From Candidatus Omnitrophota bacterium (GTDB taxonomy: Bacteria; Omnitrophota; Gorgyraeia; Gygaellales; Profunditerraquicolaceae): 64,000 nt of DNA. Both the position numbers and the translations under genes were made by a program. The notes beneath the pieces were generated by a model. The model saw only the letters and a program-made list of their open reading frames with translations, made no database searches and had not been told where the DNA came from. The stretch lies in assembly GCA_018897555.1 (NCBI GenBank), contig JAHIKK010000034.1:4527-68526 (forward strand), in the 5' to 3' direction. Positions within the stretch are counted from its first letter, which is position 1. Each line of letters opens with the position of its first letter. Positions 1 to 9,729 of this stretch are shown here, one piece after another.

Positions 1-812
1 CGCAGCCGTTTAGTAAGATTAAAGAGCAGATGAAGTTAATTAAGTCCGCCCATCTTAAGTTTAGCCGCACGAAAAAGAAATTAGTCGAAGCAAATCTGCG
101 CCTGGTGGTGAGTATTGCCAAAAAATATACTAATCGCGGGCTATCTTTTTTGGATTTAATCCAAGAGGGCAATATTGGCCTGATGCGGGCTGTAGAAAAA
201 TTTGAATATAAGCGCGGCTATAAATTCTCTACTTATGCTACTTGGTGGATCCGTCAGGCGATTACCCGTTCCATCGCGGATCAGGCCCGGACAATCAGAA
301 TACCGGTGCATATGACGGAAACGATCAACAAGATAATCCGTTTTTCCAGGGTTTTTGTCCAGAAAAATGGCCGGGAGCCTACTCCTGAAGAGATCGCGCA
401 TAAAATGCGTTTTCCTCAGGGCAAGATAAAATCTATATTAAAAATTGCCCAGGAGCCTATTTCATTGCAGATGCCTATCGGCGATGAAGGGGATACGCAT
501 TTTGGGGATTTTATCCAGGATAAAAAAGCTGTTTCTCCGGCAAATGAAACTGTGCGTTCAATGTTAAAAGATGAAATGAATTCCGCTTTAGGCACATTAA
601 CCGAAAGGGAGAAGAGGATCCTGGTTTTGCGTTTTGGCATCAATGACGGTTCTGCGCGTACCTTAGAAGAGGTGGGCAATGTCTTTAAGGTCACCCGCGA
701 AAGAGTCAGGCAAATTGAGGCCAAGGCTTTAAAAAAACTTAGGCATCCGTCGCGTTCGCGGCGCTTACGCACTTTTATGGATATGACTTTGGCGTACCAG
801 AGAGAATATTAG
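1..812 (+). CDS. rpoD: RNA polymerase sigma-70 factor RpoD, 3' portion (the gene starts upstream of the window)
   Basis: The frame is open from position 3. The translation carries sigma region 2-4 motifs ([57 protein letters not shown], and an HTH in region 4). Confidence 0.9.
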   Translation, partial: QPFSKIKEQMKLIKSAHLKFSRTKKKLVEANLRLVVSIAKKYTNRGLSFLDLIQEGNIGLMRAVEKFEYKRGYKFSTYATWWIRQAITRSIADQARTIRIPVHMTETINKIIRFSRVFVQKNGREPTPEEIAHKMRFPQGKIKSILKIAQEPISLQMPIGDEGDTHFGDFIQDKKAVSPANETVRSMLKDEMNSALGTLTEREKRILVLRFGINDGSARTLEEVGNVFKVTRERVRQIEAKALKKLRHPSRSRRLRTFMDMTLAYQREY

Positions 813-861
813 AATATAACCTAAGGGGTTTAGAAATGACTTGTTTAAAAATAAGTCTTTT

Positions 862-894
862 AAGCAGCTTTTTGATAAAGCTGCTTTTTGTTTA
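862..894 (+). terminator. Rho-independent terminator after rpoD
   Basis: Hairpin aagcagcttt-ttgat-aaagctgctt followed by a T-run. Confidence 0.5.
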
Positions 895-911
895 TTAGCT
901 AATCACTGAGC

Positions 912-3200
912 ATGGAAGATTCCAAACAAAATAACTTAGAAATTACAGCCGGCCTGCTGCGGAAAGCAGAGCTTCAGCAGAAGGCTATTCTGGATAATAT
1001 TCCGGATATTGCCTGGCTTAAAGATCTCCAAGGCAGATTTATTGCGGTTAATGAACTCTTTGCTAAGGCTTGCGGCCTTAAAGTTGAGGAAATTATCGGT
1101 AAAACTGATCTGGATATTTGGCCAAAAGAGTTGGCTCTAAGTTATCGCGCTAATGACCAGGAAGTAATCGATAGTAAAAAACGTAAATGTATTCAGGAAA
1201 AATTAGTATATCCTAAGGGCTCTGAACAGTGGATGGAAACGATTAAGGCTCCATTTTTTGATGATTACGGCAAAGTAATCGGCACCACCGGGATTTCCAG
1301 AAATATCACTTTGCATAAGAATGAGGCCGAAAGGTTAAAGGAGATTCGCGCGGAGCTTGACCTGAGGGTTAAAGTCAGGACTTCGGAGTTGGCTAGTTTT
1401 AACGAAGCGCTGCGGAAAGAGGTACGCTTCGCTCAAGAGGCGCAAAAAGAAAATGACGAAAAGTTGGAGGTCTTAGTCCAGCAGCGTACAAAATCATTAG
1501 AGCTGGAAATCGCCGCCAGAAAAGAGGCGGAGGAAAAAGCAAATATTTTGTATCAACAGCTGGAGTTTATCCTGGGAGCAACTAAAACCGGCCTGGATAT
1601 TATCGATAAAGATTATAATCTGCGCTATGTCGATCCGGTGTGGGCGTGTAATTATGGGGATTGGAGGGGCAAAAAATGTTTTGAATACTTTATGGGCCGC
1701 AAAAGTTCCTGTCCTGAATGCGCTATTGAGGAGGCCTTTAGCACAAAAAAAATTGTGATTAGTGAAGAAACCTTAACTAGAGAAGGTGACCGGCCGATAC
1801 AGGTTACGACCATACCTTACCAGGATAAAAATGGCGAATGGTTGGTGGTTGAGGTAAATGTGGATATAACTCAAAAAAAGAAGGTTGATGAAGAACTTAA
1901 GCGTTATCGTAACCACTTAGAGCAGTTGGTTGAGGAGCGCACGCAAGATCTTCTACAGGAGACAGCCCGCTGCAGGAATTCTGAATTCGAAAAAAGTAAA
2001 TTAAACCGCGAGTTGCTTAAAACTAATGAAAAATTAAAAAGTGTTTCGCTTATTGACGCGCATACCGGGTTATATAACTATCGTTATTTGCAGGAGGCCA
2101 TTGAGGTTGAATTCCATCAAGCCAGAAGGTATGCTCAAAACCTGGCAATAATCATGCTGGATATCGATTACTTTAAATCCATCAATGATGTCTATGGAAT
2201 TGTTTTTGGAGATTTAGTTTTAAAGCAGCTAGCCAAACAACTTAAGCGCATGCTGAGGCGTTATGATGTTCTCGTCCGTTATAGCGGAGAGGAGTTTATT
2301 ATCATTTCTCCCCGATTAAACCGTGACACCGCTTTTAATCTGGCCCAGAGGCTGCTGGATACATTGAATTTTATCAACTTTGGGAACAAGGAACATAGCG
2401 TTAAATTAAAAATGAGCCTTTCTGTAGTTTCATTTCCCGAGGATAGGGCAAAAAATGGAATGGATTTAGTTAATCTGGCGGATGTATTGTTGAATAAGGT
2501 CAAAGAAAGCGGAGGTAATCGCGCTTATTCTTCTTTGGATCTTAAAAATCCGCCAAGCAAAGGAACGAAGAATATTCTTAAAGTTACAGGGATAAAAACT
2601 TTAAAAAATACGATTACTAAGCTGCATAAGGAGTCCAGACAGGGCTTAGCGGAATCTATCTTTGCCTTTGCTAAAACTTTGGAATTAAAAGATCATTATA
2701 CCGGTGAACATGTTGAAAACACGGTGCATTTTGCCATGGGAGTAGCCAACGAATTAAACTTACCTAAAGAAGATGTGGAATTAATCAAGCAGGCGGCAAT
2801 GCTGCATGACTTAGGTAAGATTGGCATTAGCGAAAGCATTTTACTTAAAAAAGGCAAGCTTAATAAAAAGGAGTTTGAGGAAATTAAAAAGCATCCCCAA
2901 ATCGGTGCCGATATTATCAGGCCGATTAAGTTTCTACATGATTTGATTCCGTTTATTTTCTATCATCATGAACGCTGGGATGGCAAAGGTTATCCTAGCG
3001 GAATAAGGGGTGAGGATATTCCGCTGGGGGCCAGGGTTATTGCGATTGCGGATGTATATCAAGCCCTAATTAGCGACCGGCCATACCATAAGGCATTTAG
3101 CAAGAGCGCGGCTATAGATATAATCAAAAAATCTTCCGGAACTCAATTTGATCCCAGCATTGTCAGGGCTTTTCTTAAGGTTGTGCATAAGGAAAAGTAG
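912..3200 (+). CDS. Multidomain c-di-GMP signalling protein: N-terminal PAS, coiled coils, a second PAS-like region with a 4-Cys motif, a degenerate GGDEF (RYSGEEF) and a C-terminal HD-GYP
   Basis: The translation shows a PAS fold region, RYSGEEF at 2277-2297 (GGDEF with the first G changed to S), and HD and GYP motifs (MLHDLGK, HHERWDGKGYPSG). Confidence 0.8.
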   Translation: MEDSKQNNLEITAGLLRKAELQQKAILDNIPDIAWLKDLQGRFIAVNELFAKACGLKVEEIIGKTDLDIWPKELALSYRANDQEVIDSKKRKCIQEKLVYPKGSEQWMETIKAPFFDDYGKVIGTTGISRNITLHKNEAERLKEIRAELDLRVKVRTSELASFNEALRKEVRFAQEAQKENDEKLEVLVQQRTKSLELEIAARKEAEEKANILYQQLEFILGATKTGLDIIDKDYNLRYVDPVWACNYGDWRGKKCFEYFMGRKSSCPECAIEEAFSTKKIVISEETLTREGDRPIQVTTIPYQDKNGEWLVVEVNVDITQKKKVDEELKRYRNHLEQLVEERTQDLLQETARCRNSEFEKSKLNRELLKTNEKLKSVSLIDAHTGLYNYRYLQEAIEVEFHQARRYAQNLAIIMLDIDYFKSINDVYGIVFGDLVLKQLAKQLKRMLRRYDVLVRYSGEEFIIISPRLNRDTAFNLAQRLLDTLNFINFGNKEHSVKLKMSLSVVSFPEDRAKNGMDLVNLADVLLNKVKESGGNRAYSSLDLKNPPSKGTKNILKVTGIKTLKNTITKLHKESRQGLAESIFAFAKTLELKDHYTGEHVENTVHFAMGVANELNLPKEDVELIKQAAMLHDLGKIGISESILLKKGKLNKKEFEEIKKHPQIGADIIRPIKFLHDLIPFIFYHHERWDGKGYPSGIRGEDIPLGARVIAIADVYQALISDRPYHKAFSKSAAIDIIKKSSGTQFDPSIVRAFLKVVHKEK

Positions 3201-3276
3201 CCTCCTTATCTTAATTTACATAAGTTTTAACTTGCCAAATATCCCTAAAAATAGTAATATATAGTATTATTTTTGA

Positions 3277-3350
3277 GGGCCCATAGCTCAGTCGGTTAGA
3301 GCAGTTGACTCATAATCAATTGGTCCGGGGTTCGAGTCCCTGTGGGCCCA
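3277..3350 (+). tRNA. tRNA with anticodon CAU (Met elongator or Ile2/lysidine type)
   Basis: Cloverleaf GGGCCCA...TGGGCCC acceptor, D-loop AGTCGGTTAGAGC, anticodon loop CTCATAA, T-loop TTCGAGT. Its architecture resembles E. coli ileX and metT. Confidence 0.85.
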
Positions 3351-3368
3351 GGATATGTTGAGGGGCGC

Positions 3369-3442
3369 GGGCGCATAGCTCAGTTGGTTAGAGCGCTACA
3401 TTCACATTGTAGAAGTCGTAGGTTCGAGTCCTATTGCGCCCA
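3369..3442 (+). tRNA. tRNA-Val (anticodon CAC)
   Basis: Acceptor GGGCGCA/TGCGCCC, anticodon stem CTACA/TGTAG with loop TTCACAT, T-loop TTCGAGT. Confidence 0.8.
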
Positions 3443-3476
3443 ATTAATTAGGCTTAAAGCACATTAAGGAGATAGA

Positions 3477-4196
3477 TTGGCGATCATGGATTTAAAAAAT
3501 CAGATTATCGGCTTAGTAAGGTTACAGGAGTTGGATAGCGAAATTTACGCTTTAGGAAATGAAAGAGCAACCAAGCCTCAAGAGATCAAGGCCATGGAGG
3601 CTGCTTTTGAACTTAAAAAACAGGATCTGGCGGCCCTGGAAAAGAAGTCTTTAGATTTACAAAAACAACGCAAGGAAAAAGAGTTGGAACTTGCCACTAA
3701 TGCCGAAGGGGTTAAAAAACTCTCTAGCCAATTGTTTTCTTTAAAGACGAATAAAGAATTTCAGGTTATGCAACAGCAGATTGCAGATGCCAAGGCTGAT
3801 GGGGCGGTAATTGAGGAAAAAATCCTGATCTCTTTTGAGGAATCGGATAAAATAAAGGCGCAGATTGACTCTGAGAATCTAAAACTAAAATCTGAAGAAA
3901 AGATTTTTCTGCAGCAAAAGAAAGTGGTAGAATTACGCAGCGAAGAAATAGGCGGACGGTTAAGCCAATTGGATGCCCAAAGAAAACAGATTATTCCCGG
4001 TATCGACCTCAAGATGCTGCAGGAGTATGAGAGAATTTTACATAGCCGGGATGGTTTAGCCATTGTTCCGGTTGAGGATAATTCCTGCGGGGGGTGCCAT
4101 ATGTCTGTGCCTCCCCAGGTAATCAATTTAATTAAGATGTATGAACATATTATTACTTGTGAAGTTTGCAATCGTATTCTTTATATTCCTGAGTAA
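3477..4196 (+). CDS. C4-type zinc-ribbon/coiled-coil protein (COG1579-like)
   Basis: Long coiled-coil region with a C-terminal CGGC...CEVC zinc ribbon. This family is commonly found next to an RNase H-like gene. Confidence 0.65.
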   Translation: MAIMDLKNQIIGLVRLQELDSEIYALGNERATKPQEIKAMEAAFELKKQDLAALEKKSLDLQKQRKEKELELATNAEGVKKLSSQLFSLKTNKEFQVMQQQIADAKADGAVIEEKILISFEESDKIKAQIDSENLKLKSEEKIFLQQKKVVELRSEEIGGRLSQLDAQRKQIIPGIDLKMLQEYERILHSRDGLAIVPVEDNSCGGCHMSVPPQVINLIKMYEHIITCEVCNRILYIPE

Positions 4197-4613
4197 ATGA
4201 GTCATTTAGAAATCTATATTGATGGCGCATCCAAGGGTAACCCGGGGCATAGCGGGGTAGGGATTGTAATTTATCGAGACGGTTTACGGATTAAGAATAT
4301 TTCAAATTATATCGGGTCGGCTACGAATAATGTAGCTGAATATACCGCTCTAATTTACGCGCTCGAAGAAGCATTATTATTAAAAGCTAAGAGTTTAAAA
4401 ATTAATACTGATAGCCAGCTTTTAGCCCGGCAATTAAATAAAATTTATAAAGTTAAACATCCGGGTATAATCACCTTATATAATCGAGCCGTGCATCTTT
4501 TGACGGGCTTTGAGAAAGTTTTGATTAATCATATTCCCCGGCAAGAGAATAGCTTGGCGGATAAATTGGCAACGGAAGCGATTAAGTCTATCTTGGTGAA
4601 ATCTTTGATATAA
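4197..4613 (+). CDS. Ribonuclease HI family protein
   Basis: IYIDGASKGNPGHSGVGIVI ... AEYTALIYALEEA is an RNase H fold signature. Confidence 0.7.
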   Translation: MSHLEIYIDGASKGNPGHSGVGIVIYRDGLRIKNISNYIGSATNNVAEYTALIYALEEALLLKAKSLKINTDSQLLARQLNKIYKVKHPGIITLYNRAVHLLTGFEKVLINHIPRQENSLADKLATEAIKSILVKSLI

Positions 4614-5012
4614 ACAGGCAGAATGTGGCTGCCCGCCACGGATTTAGTGGCGGGAGGAAAGTCCGGGCTCCAGAGGATAACGTAACGGGTAATTTCCGTC
4701 CTGTATATGTGATGTATACAGAGGATTTCCGCCAGAAATTGGCGGATCCGCCATAATTTGTGGCGGAAGAGCCACAGAGACGAGTAGTTTCGCAGCTTAG
4801 AAGGTTGCGGGACGAGGTGAAACGCGGCAATCTCTACGTGGAGCAAGGTAGAATAGGAGATGAGCGCTGATCCAGCGCGTTTTCCGTTTTAAGCGGGAAG
4901 CAATCTCGGGTAAACTGCTAAAGTTACCGCGGTAACGCGGGAATTGAGAGGAATAGCCACTAATCGATGCGCGAATTCGCATCAAGACAGAACCCGGCTT
5001 ATTCTGCCTGTT
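4614..5012 (+). ncRNA. rnpB: RNase P RNA (bacterial type A)
   Basis: Contains GGAGGAAAGTCCGGGCTCCA (P4 5' strand) and ACAGAACCCGGCTTA (P4 3' strand). P1 pairing is caggcagaat/attctgcctg. Length is about 400 nt. Confidence 0.9.
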
Positions 5013-5109
5013 TTAAATAATAATAAAGTAAAGTAATGTTCCCCCCTCGCGGGAGCTCGGGGTCAATTTTCCCCAAACGCCGGAGGCTGGGGAAAATTGA
5101 GGAGGAGTT

Positions 5110-5865
5110 ATGTCAGGTCATTCGAAATGGAAAACAAATAAAGGAAAAAAAGGTATCGCTGATGCTAAACGCGGCGCTACCTTTACTAAGATCATTAAGG
5201 AGTTAGTGGTTGTCGCCAGGGATGGCGGAGGAAACCCTGATTCTAACCCCCGGCTGCGGGCCATAATGGAAAAGGCTAAAAAAGCAAATATGCCTTCGGA
5301 TAATGTGAAGATGGCGATTAAGCGGGGAACCGGTGAACTTCCGGGGATAGTCTATGAGGCAGTAATGTATGAGGCTTATGGGCCGGGCGGGGTGGCGATT
5401 TTAATTGATTCGCTTACAGATAATAAAAACCGTACTACTGCTGAGATACGCAACATCATGTCAAAAAAAGGCGGTAATATGGCCGGAGCCGGTTCAGTGA
5501 GCTGGATGTTTGTGCAAAAAGGCTATATCTCCGTGGCTAAAGAAAATATTAAAGAGGATGAGTTGATGAATATTGTCTTAGACGCCGGAGCTGAAGATAT
5601 GAAACATGAAACGGATACCTATGAGATTTTTACTGCCGTTGCGGATTTAGAAAAGGTTAAACAGGCGCTTTCCGATAAAAATATCAAGTGGATTGATGCG
5701 GAATTAACCATGATTCCATCCTCAACGATTAAGGTTACCGGCCATGAAGCAAAACAGGTCTTAGCGCTGGTAGAAACCTTAGAAGACCATGATGATGTGC
5801 AGCAGGTTTATGCCAATTTTGATATTCCGGATGAGATTTTAGATGAGATTGCCGCTGAGGAATGA
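5110..5865 (+). CDS. yebC: YebC/PmpR family DNA-binding transcriptional regulator
   Basis: N-terminal MSGHSKWKTNKGKKGIADAKRG...ARDGGGNPDSNPRLR matches the YebC family. Confidence 0.9.
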   Translation: MSGHSKWKTNKGKKGIADAKRGATFTKIIKELVVVARDGGGNPDSNPRLRAIMEKAKKANMPSDNVKMAIKRGTGELPGIVYEAVMYEAYGPGGVAILIDSLTDNKNRTTAEIRNIMSKKGGNMAGAGSVSWMFVQKGYISVAKENIKEDELMNIVLDAGAEDMKHETDTYEIFTAVADLEKVKQALSDKNIKWIDAELTMIPSSTIKVTGHEAKQVLALVETLEDHDDVQQVYANFDIPDEILDEIAAEE

Positions 5866-6344
5866 TTATCGTAGGGATTGATCCGGCCTTAGCCGTTAGC
5901 GGATATGGCGTTATACGGGTTAATCAAGCATCCCTGGCTTTAATTGAAGCCGGGATAATAAAAACCAGCGTTCAAGAAGCTCTCCCCCGGCGGTTGGATA
6001 AAATATACCGCGGGGTACTTAAATTAATTAGCGATACAAAAGCAGATTGTTTAGTGCTGGAAAAAATATATTCACATTACAAACATCCGGCAACTGCTTG
6101 TATTTTAGGCCAAGCCAGAGGAGTGATTTGTTTGGCGGCATTTACGGCAGGGCTGCCTTTTTTTGAATACTCGGCTACGCGTATTAAGAAAGCCATAGTC
6201 GGCAAAGGCCTGGCTTCTAAAACCCAGGTGCAAAGAATGGTCACCCACACTTTAGGATTAAAAACTTCCGTTCCTTATCTGGATGTTACTGATGCCTTGG
6301 CCTTGGCGATAGCGCATAGTTATATCGTGAAAGTAAAATTATGA
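5862..6344 (+). CDS. ruvC: Holliday junction resolvase RuvC
   Basis: IVGIDPALAVSGYGVI start and a length typical for RuvC. Confidence 0.85.
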   Translation: MIIVGIDPALAVSGYGVIRVNQASLALIEAGIIKTSVQEALPRRLDKIYRGVLKLISDTKADCLVLEKIYSHYKHPATACILGQARGVICLAAFTAGLPFFEYSATRIKKAIVGKGLASKTQVQRMVTHTLGLKTSVPYLDVTDALALAIAHSYIVKVKL

Positions 6345-6964
6345 TTTCCCGAATTACCGGACGCGTTACGGAAAAAGGATCAAATTACCTGGTTTTAGAT
6401 TTAGGAGGGCTAAGTTATGAAGTTTTTATACCCGCCTGCGTGATGTCCGGACTGGATACATCCTTAAGCCCTGATGGCAAAATCTCCCTGCTCACCTACC
6501 ATTATTACCAGGTGGATCAAGCCAAGAACATTCCTATTTTAATCGGTTTCTTAAACAAGGTAGAAAAGGATTTTTTCGAGATATTTATTACGGTTTCAGG
6601 GATTGGGCCGCGGGCTGCCTTGAAGGCTTTGAATAAACCCATTTCTTTAATCGCCAAGGCCATTGATGAGGGGGATTTGGTTTCCCTAAAATCACTTCCC
6701 GGTATCGGTGAGCAAAGAGCAAAAGAGATCGTGGCTAAACTGCAAAATAAAGTAGGTAAATTCGGCCTGATGCAAGACTATATTCCGGAAGAAAAGGCCG
6801 CAGCCAAAAATATATCCGAGGAAGCTTTAGATGTTTTATTGCAGCTGGAGTATAAAAGGAACGAGGCCCTGGGTATGATCAAGAAAGTTTTGAAAATAAA
6901 TTCTCAGGTAAATACTACGGAAGAATTGTTAAATCTGGTCTATAAACAAAAAAGGGGCACCTAG
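6341..6964 (+). CDS. ruvA: Holliday junction branch migration protein RuvA
   Basis: MISRITGRV...LDLGGLSYEVFIP OB domain, HhH motifs LPGIG, and a C-terminal domain. Confidence 0.85.
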   Translation: MISRITGRVTEKGSNYLVLDLGGLSYEVFIPACVMSGLDTSLSPDGKISLLTYHYYQVDQAKNIPILIGFLNKVEKDFFEIFITVSGIGPRAALKALNKPISLIAKAIDEGDLVSLKSLPGIGEQRAKEIVAKLQNKVGKFGLMQDYIPEEKAAAKNISEEALDVLLQLEYKRNEALGMIKKVLKINSQVNTTEELLNLVYKQKRGT

Positions 6965-6971
6965 GCAAACC

Positions 6972-7580
6972 ATGGAAGAGAATAATTTAAAATCAGCGGT
7001 AGAGGCTTTAATCTTTGCATCCGAGAAACCCATCACGGCAGAGCAGATAAAAAAGGTTTTAGGGGATCTGGATAGCTTGAGCATTAATAAAATTATTGCG
7101 GAATTAAAAAATGAATACGCGGCACAGAATCGAGGTATCCGGGTAGTGGAGATTGCCGGCGGATTTCAGATGACGACCTGCAGTAATTTTGCCCCTTTCT
7201 TAAAAAAACTTTTTAAAAACCGCTATAGCGATAAGTTATCCAGGCCTGCCCTTGAATCTCTGGCGATTATTGCCTATAAGCAGCCGCTAACCAAAGCGGA
7301 GATTGAATCTTTGAGAAATGTAAATGTTGATGGCGTAATGAAAAGCCTGGCGGACAAAAATCTAATTCGTATTTGCGGTAGAAAGAAGATTCCCGGCCGG
7401 CCATTTGTCTATGGCACTACCCGGGAATTTCTGGAACATTTTGGTTTGAAATCCCTGCAAGACCTGCCGAAGATGGAGGATTTTACGGTTTTAGCTCAAC
7501 AGCAGGAAGCTGGCGAAACAATTGAACTGATCAGCCAAACAGATCTGGAGGCCAAGAATGAGTCTGGACAAATTGCGTAA
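6972..7580 (+). CDS. scpB: Segregation and condensation protein B
   Basis: EALIFASEKPIT motif and two winged-helix repeats. Confidence 0.85.
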   Translation: MEENNLKSAVEALIFASEKPITAEQIKKVLGDLDSLSINKIIAELKNEYAAQNRGIRVVEIAGGFQMTTCSNFAPFLKKLFKNRYSDKLSRPALESLAIIAYKQPLTKAEIESLRNVNVDGVMKSLADKNLIRICGRKKIPGRPFVYGTTREFLEHFGLKSLQDLPKMEDFTVLAQQQEAGETIELISQTDLEAKNESGQIA

Positions 7581-8613
7581 GAAAATTGATATCCTCGACC
7601 GCAAATTAATTAATTTATTAAATTTACGCGCCGCGGCGACTAAAGATATCGGCAGAATTAAAATTAATGCCGGCAAAAGTATTTACGTGCCGGAAAGAGA
7701 GAGGCAGGTTTTAGACAGGATTTCCGGTTTTAATAAAGGGCCTTTAAAAAAGAGCGCGCTGGAAGCGATTTACCGTGAGGTAATGAGCGCCAGTTTGGCT
7801 TTGGAAAAGCCGTTAAAGATTGCTTATCTTGGCCCGCGGGCAAGTTTCACTAACCTGGCGGCGATTAAAAAATTCGGTTCTTGTGTCAGTTATATTGCCT
7901 GCAATAGTATCGCCGACGTTTTCCTGGAGGTGGAAAAAGATAGCGCCGATTATGGGGTAGTGCCGATAGAAAATTCAATTGAAGGCGCGGTAAGCCATAC
8001 TCTGGATGTTTTTGTGGATTCCGATCTAAAAATTTGTTCACAGGTAATTTTGGAGGTAACGCATAATCTCTTAGCTAACTGTGTAAAGAATAAGATCCGT
8101 AATGTTTATTCCAATCCCCAGGTTTTTGGGCAGTGCCGTATCTGGCTGCAAAAAAATTTGCCCAATGCCCTGCTCGTGGATGTTCCCAGCACTACCCGCG
8201 CAGCCGAAATAGCTAAAAAAGAAAAAAATAGCGCGGCGATTGCTTCGCTTTTGGCTTCTAAGGTTTACGGCCTAAAGGTGCTGGCGGAAGGGATTCAAGA
8301 CTCCGCGCATAATATTACCCGTTTTCTGGTGGTGGGTAAAAATGTCGCTGCCCGGACGGGGAAGGATAAGACCAGCTTGTTTTTTTCAATTAAAGACCGG
8401 GTAGGCGCTTTATATGCCATGCTTTTGCCCTTTCGTAAATACGGGGTCAATCTTACTAAGATTGAATCCCGGCCTTCAAAAAAGAAAGTTTGGGAGTATT
8501 ATTTTTTCATAGATATCCTGGGCCATCAGGAGGATGCCCTAATTAAGAAAGCGCTGCAGGAATTAGAACGCGGGTGTAGTTATTTAAAAATATTAGGTTC
8601 TTATCCTGATTAG
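7558..8613 (+). CDS. pheA: Bifunctional chorismate mutase / prephenate dehydratase (P-protein) with ACT domain
   Basis: N-terminal chorismate mutase helix (LDKLRKKIDILDRKLINLLNLRA), a prephenate dehydratase core and a C-terminal ACT domain. Confidence 0.85.
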   Translation: MSLDKLRKKIDILDRKLINLLNLRAAATKDIGRIKINAGKSIYVPERERQVLDRISGFNKGPLKKSALEAIYREVMSASLALEKPLKIAYLGPRASFTNLAAIKKFGSCVSYIACNSIADVFLEVEKDSADYGVVPIENSIEGAVSHTLDVFVDSDLKICSQVILEVTHNLLANCVKNKIRNVYSNPQVFGQCRIWLQKNLPNALLVDVPSTTRAAEIAKKEKNSAAIASLLASKVYGLKVLAEGIQDSAHNITRFLVVGKNVAARTGKDKTSLFFSIKDRVGALYAMLLPFRKYGVNLTKIESRPSKKKVWEYYFFIDILGHQEDALIKKALQELERGCSYLKILGSYPD

Positions 8614-8628
8614 GAGAATAAACTAAAA

Positions 8629-9729
8629 GTGAAAACATTAATCCGTAAAAGTGTCTTGGCAGTTAATCCCTATATTTCCGGTAAACCCATAGAGGAAACC
8701 AAAAGGCAGCTGGGATTAAAAGAGGTAATTAAGCTGGCTTCTAATGAAAATCCACTGGGCCCGTCACCTAAAGCCTTAAGCGCGATTAAAAGATCCCTAT
8801 CCGGAGTTAACCGTTATCCGGATGCGCAAGGGTATTATTTGAAAAAACGCCTAGCCAAGTTTCTTGGATTGTCCCCTGAAAATTTTGTATTAGGTAATGG
8901 TTCGGATGAATTGATTGATGTTCTGATTAAGACTTTTATGGAGGCGGATGAAAATATCGTTACCTCTGAGGGTACATTCTTGGAATATGAGATTATTGCC
9001 CAGGTTAATGACCGTAAAGTTAAAAAGGCGCCTTTGCGTTATTTTAAATATGATTTAGGGGCAATGTTAAAGTTAGTGGATAAAAAGACCAAATTGATTT
9101 TTATTGCTAATCCCAACAATCCCACCGGAACCTATGTTACTAAATATGAAATTGCGGAATTTATAGACGCGCTGCCGGAAGGAGTGGTAGTAGTTTTTGA
9201 TGAAGCTTATGGTGCATTTATCGATGTAGATGATTATCCGGATTCTTTGAGTTATCTAAGAAAGAAAAAGAAGATTATTATCTTAAGGACATTTTCTAAG
9301 GCCTACGGTTTAGCCGGGTTGCGTTTGGGGTATGCGATTGCCGCGCCGGAATTAGTAACTTATATGGAACGTATCCGGCAGCCGTTTAATGTTAATCTCC
9401 TGGCCCAGGTTGCCGGGTTAGCCGCTTTAGGCGATAATGATTTTCTAAAGAAAACCCGCCGCCTGATTTTAGAAGGCAAAGATTTTATTTACCGGGAATT
9501 GGCAAAAATGGGATTAAGCTACGTGCTTTCAGTGGCGAATTTTATTTTGGTAGATACAGGCAAAGATGGCCGGGAAGTATTCAAATCCATGCTTAAATCC
9601 GGAGTGATTGTTCGGGATATGGAGCAATATGGTTTAAGGAACTTTATCCGCGTAACTATCGGCACGCAAAAAGAAAATAAAAAATTTCTGCGAGTTTTAG
9701 GTAAAGTCTTAACGGAGGACAAGCCATGA
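8629..9729 (+). CDS. hisC: Histidinol-phosphate aminotransferase
   Basis: LASNENPLGPSP motif and a class II aminotransferase fold (FSKAYGLAGLRLGY). GTG start. Confidence 0.85.
   Translation: MKTLIRKSVLAVNPYISGKPIEETKRQLGLKEVIKLASNENPLGPSPKALSAIKRSLSGVNRYPDAQGYYLKKRLAKFLGLSPENFVLGNGSDELIDVLIKTFMEADENIVTSEGTFLEYEIIAQVNDRKVKKAPLRYFKYDLGAMLKLVDKKTKLIFIANPNNPTGTYVTKYEIAEFIDALPEGVVVVFDEAYGAFIDVDDYPDSLSYLRKKKKIIILRTFSKAYGLAGLRLGYAIAAPELVTYMERIRQPFNVNLLAQVAGLAALGDNDFLKKTRRLILEGKDFIYRELAKMGLSYVLSVANFILVDTGKDGREVFKSMLKSGVIVRDMEQYGLRNFIRVTIGTQKENKKFLRVLGKVLTEDKP

Noticed and set aside
156-772. Minus-strand ORFs antisense to rpoD, and similar antisense ORFs within the GGDEF, lepA, DAHP synthase, ftsH, folP, valS, groEL and other genes
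   Set aside because: All lie inside strongly supported sense-strand genes and lack any recognisable motif. They are treated as antisense noise.
2277-2297. RYSGEEF read as an active GGDEF site
   Set aside because: The first glycine of GG(D/E)EF is replaced by Ser, so it is called degenerate. Activity cannot be excluded from sequence alone.
4529-4985. Three minus-strand ORFs (62-105 aa) between the RNase H-like gene and yebC
   Set aside because: They lie entirely within the RNase P RNA gene. GC-rich structured RNA commonly yields spurious ORFs.
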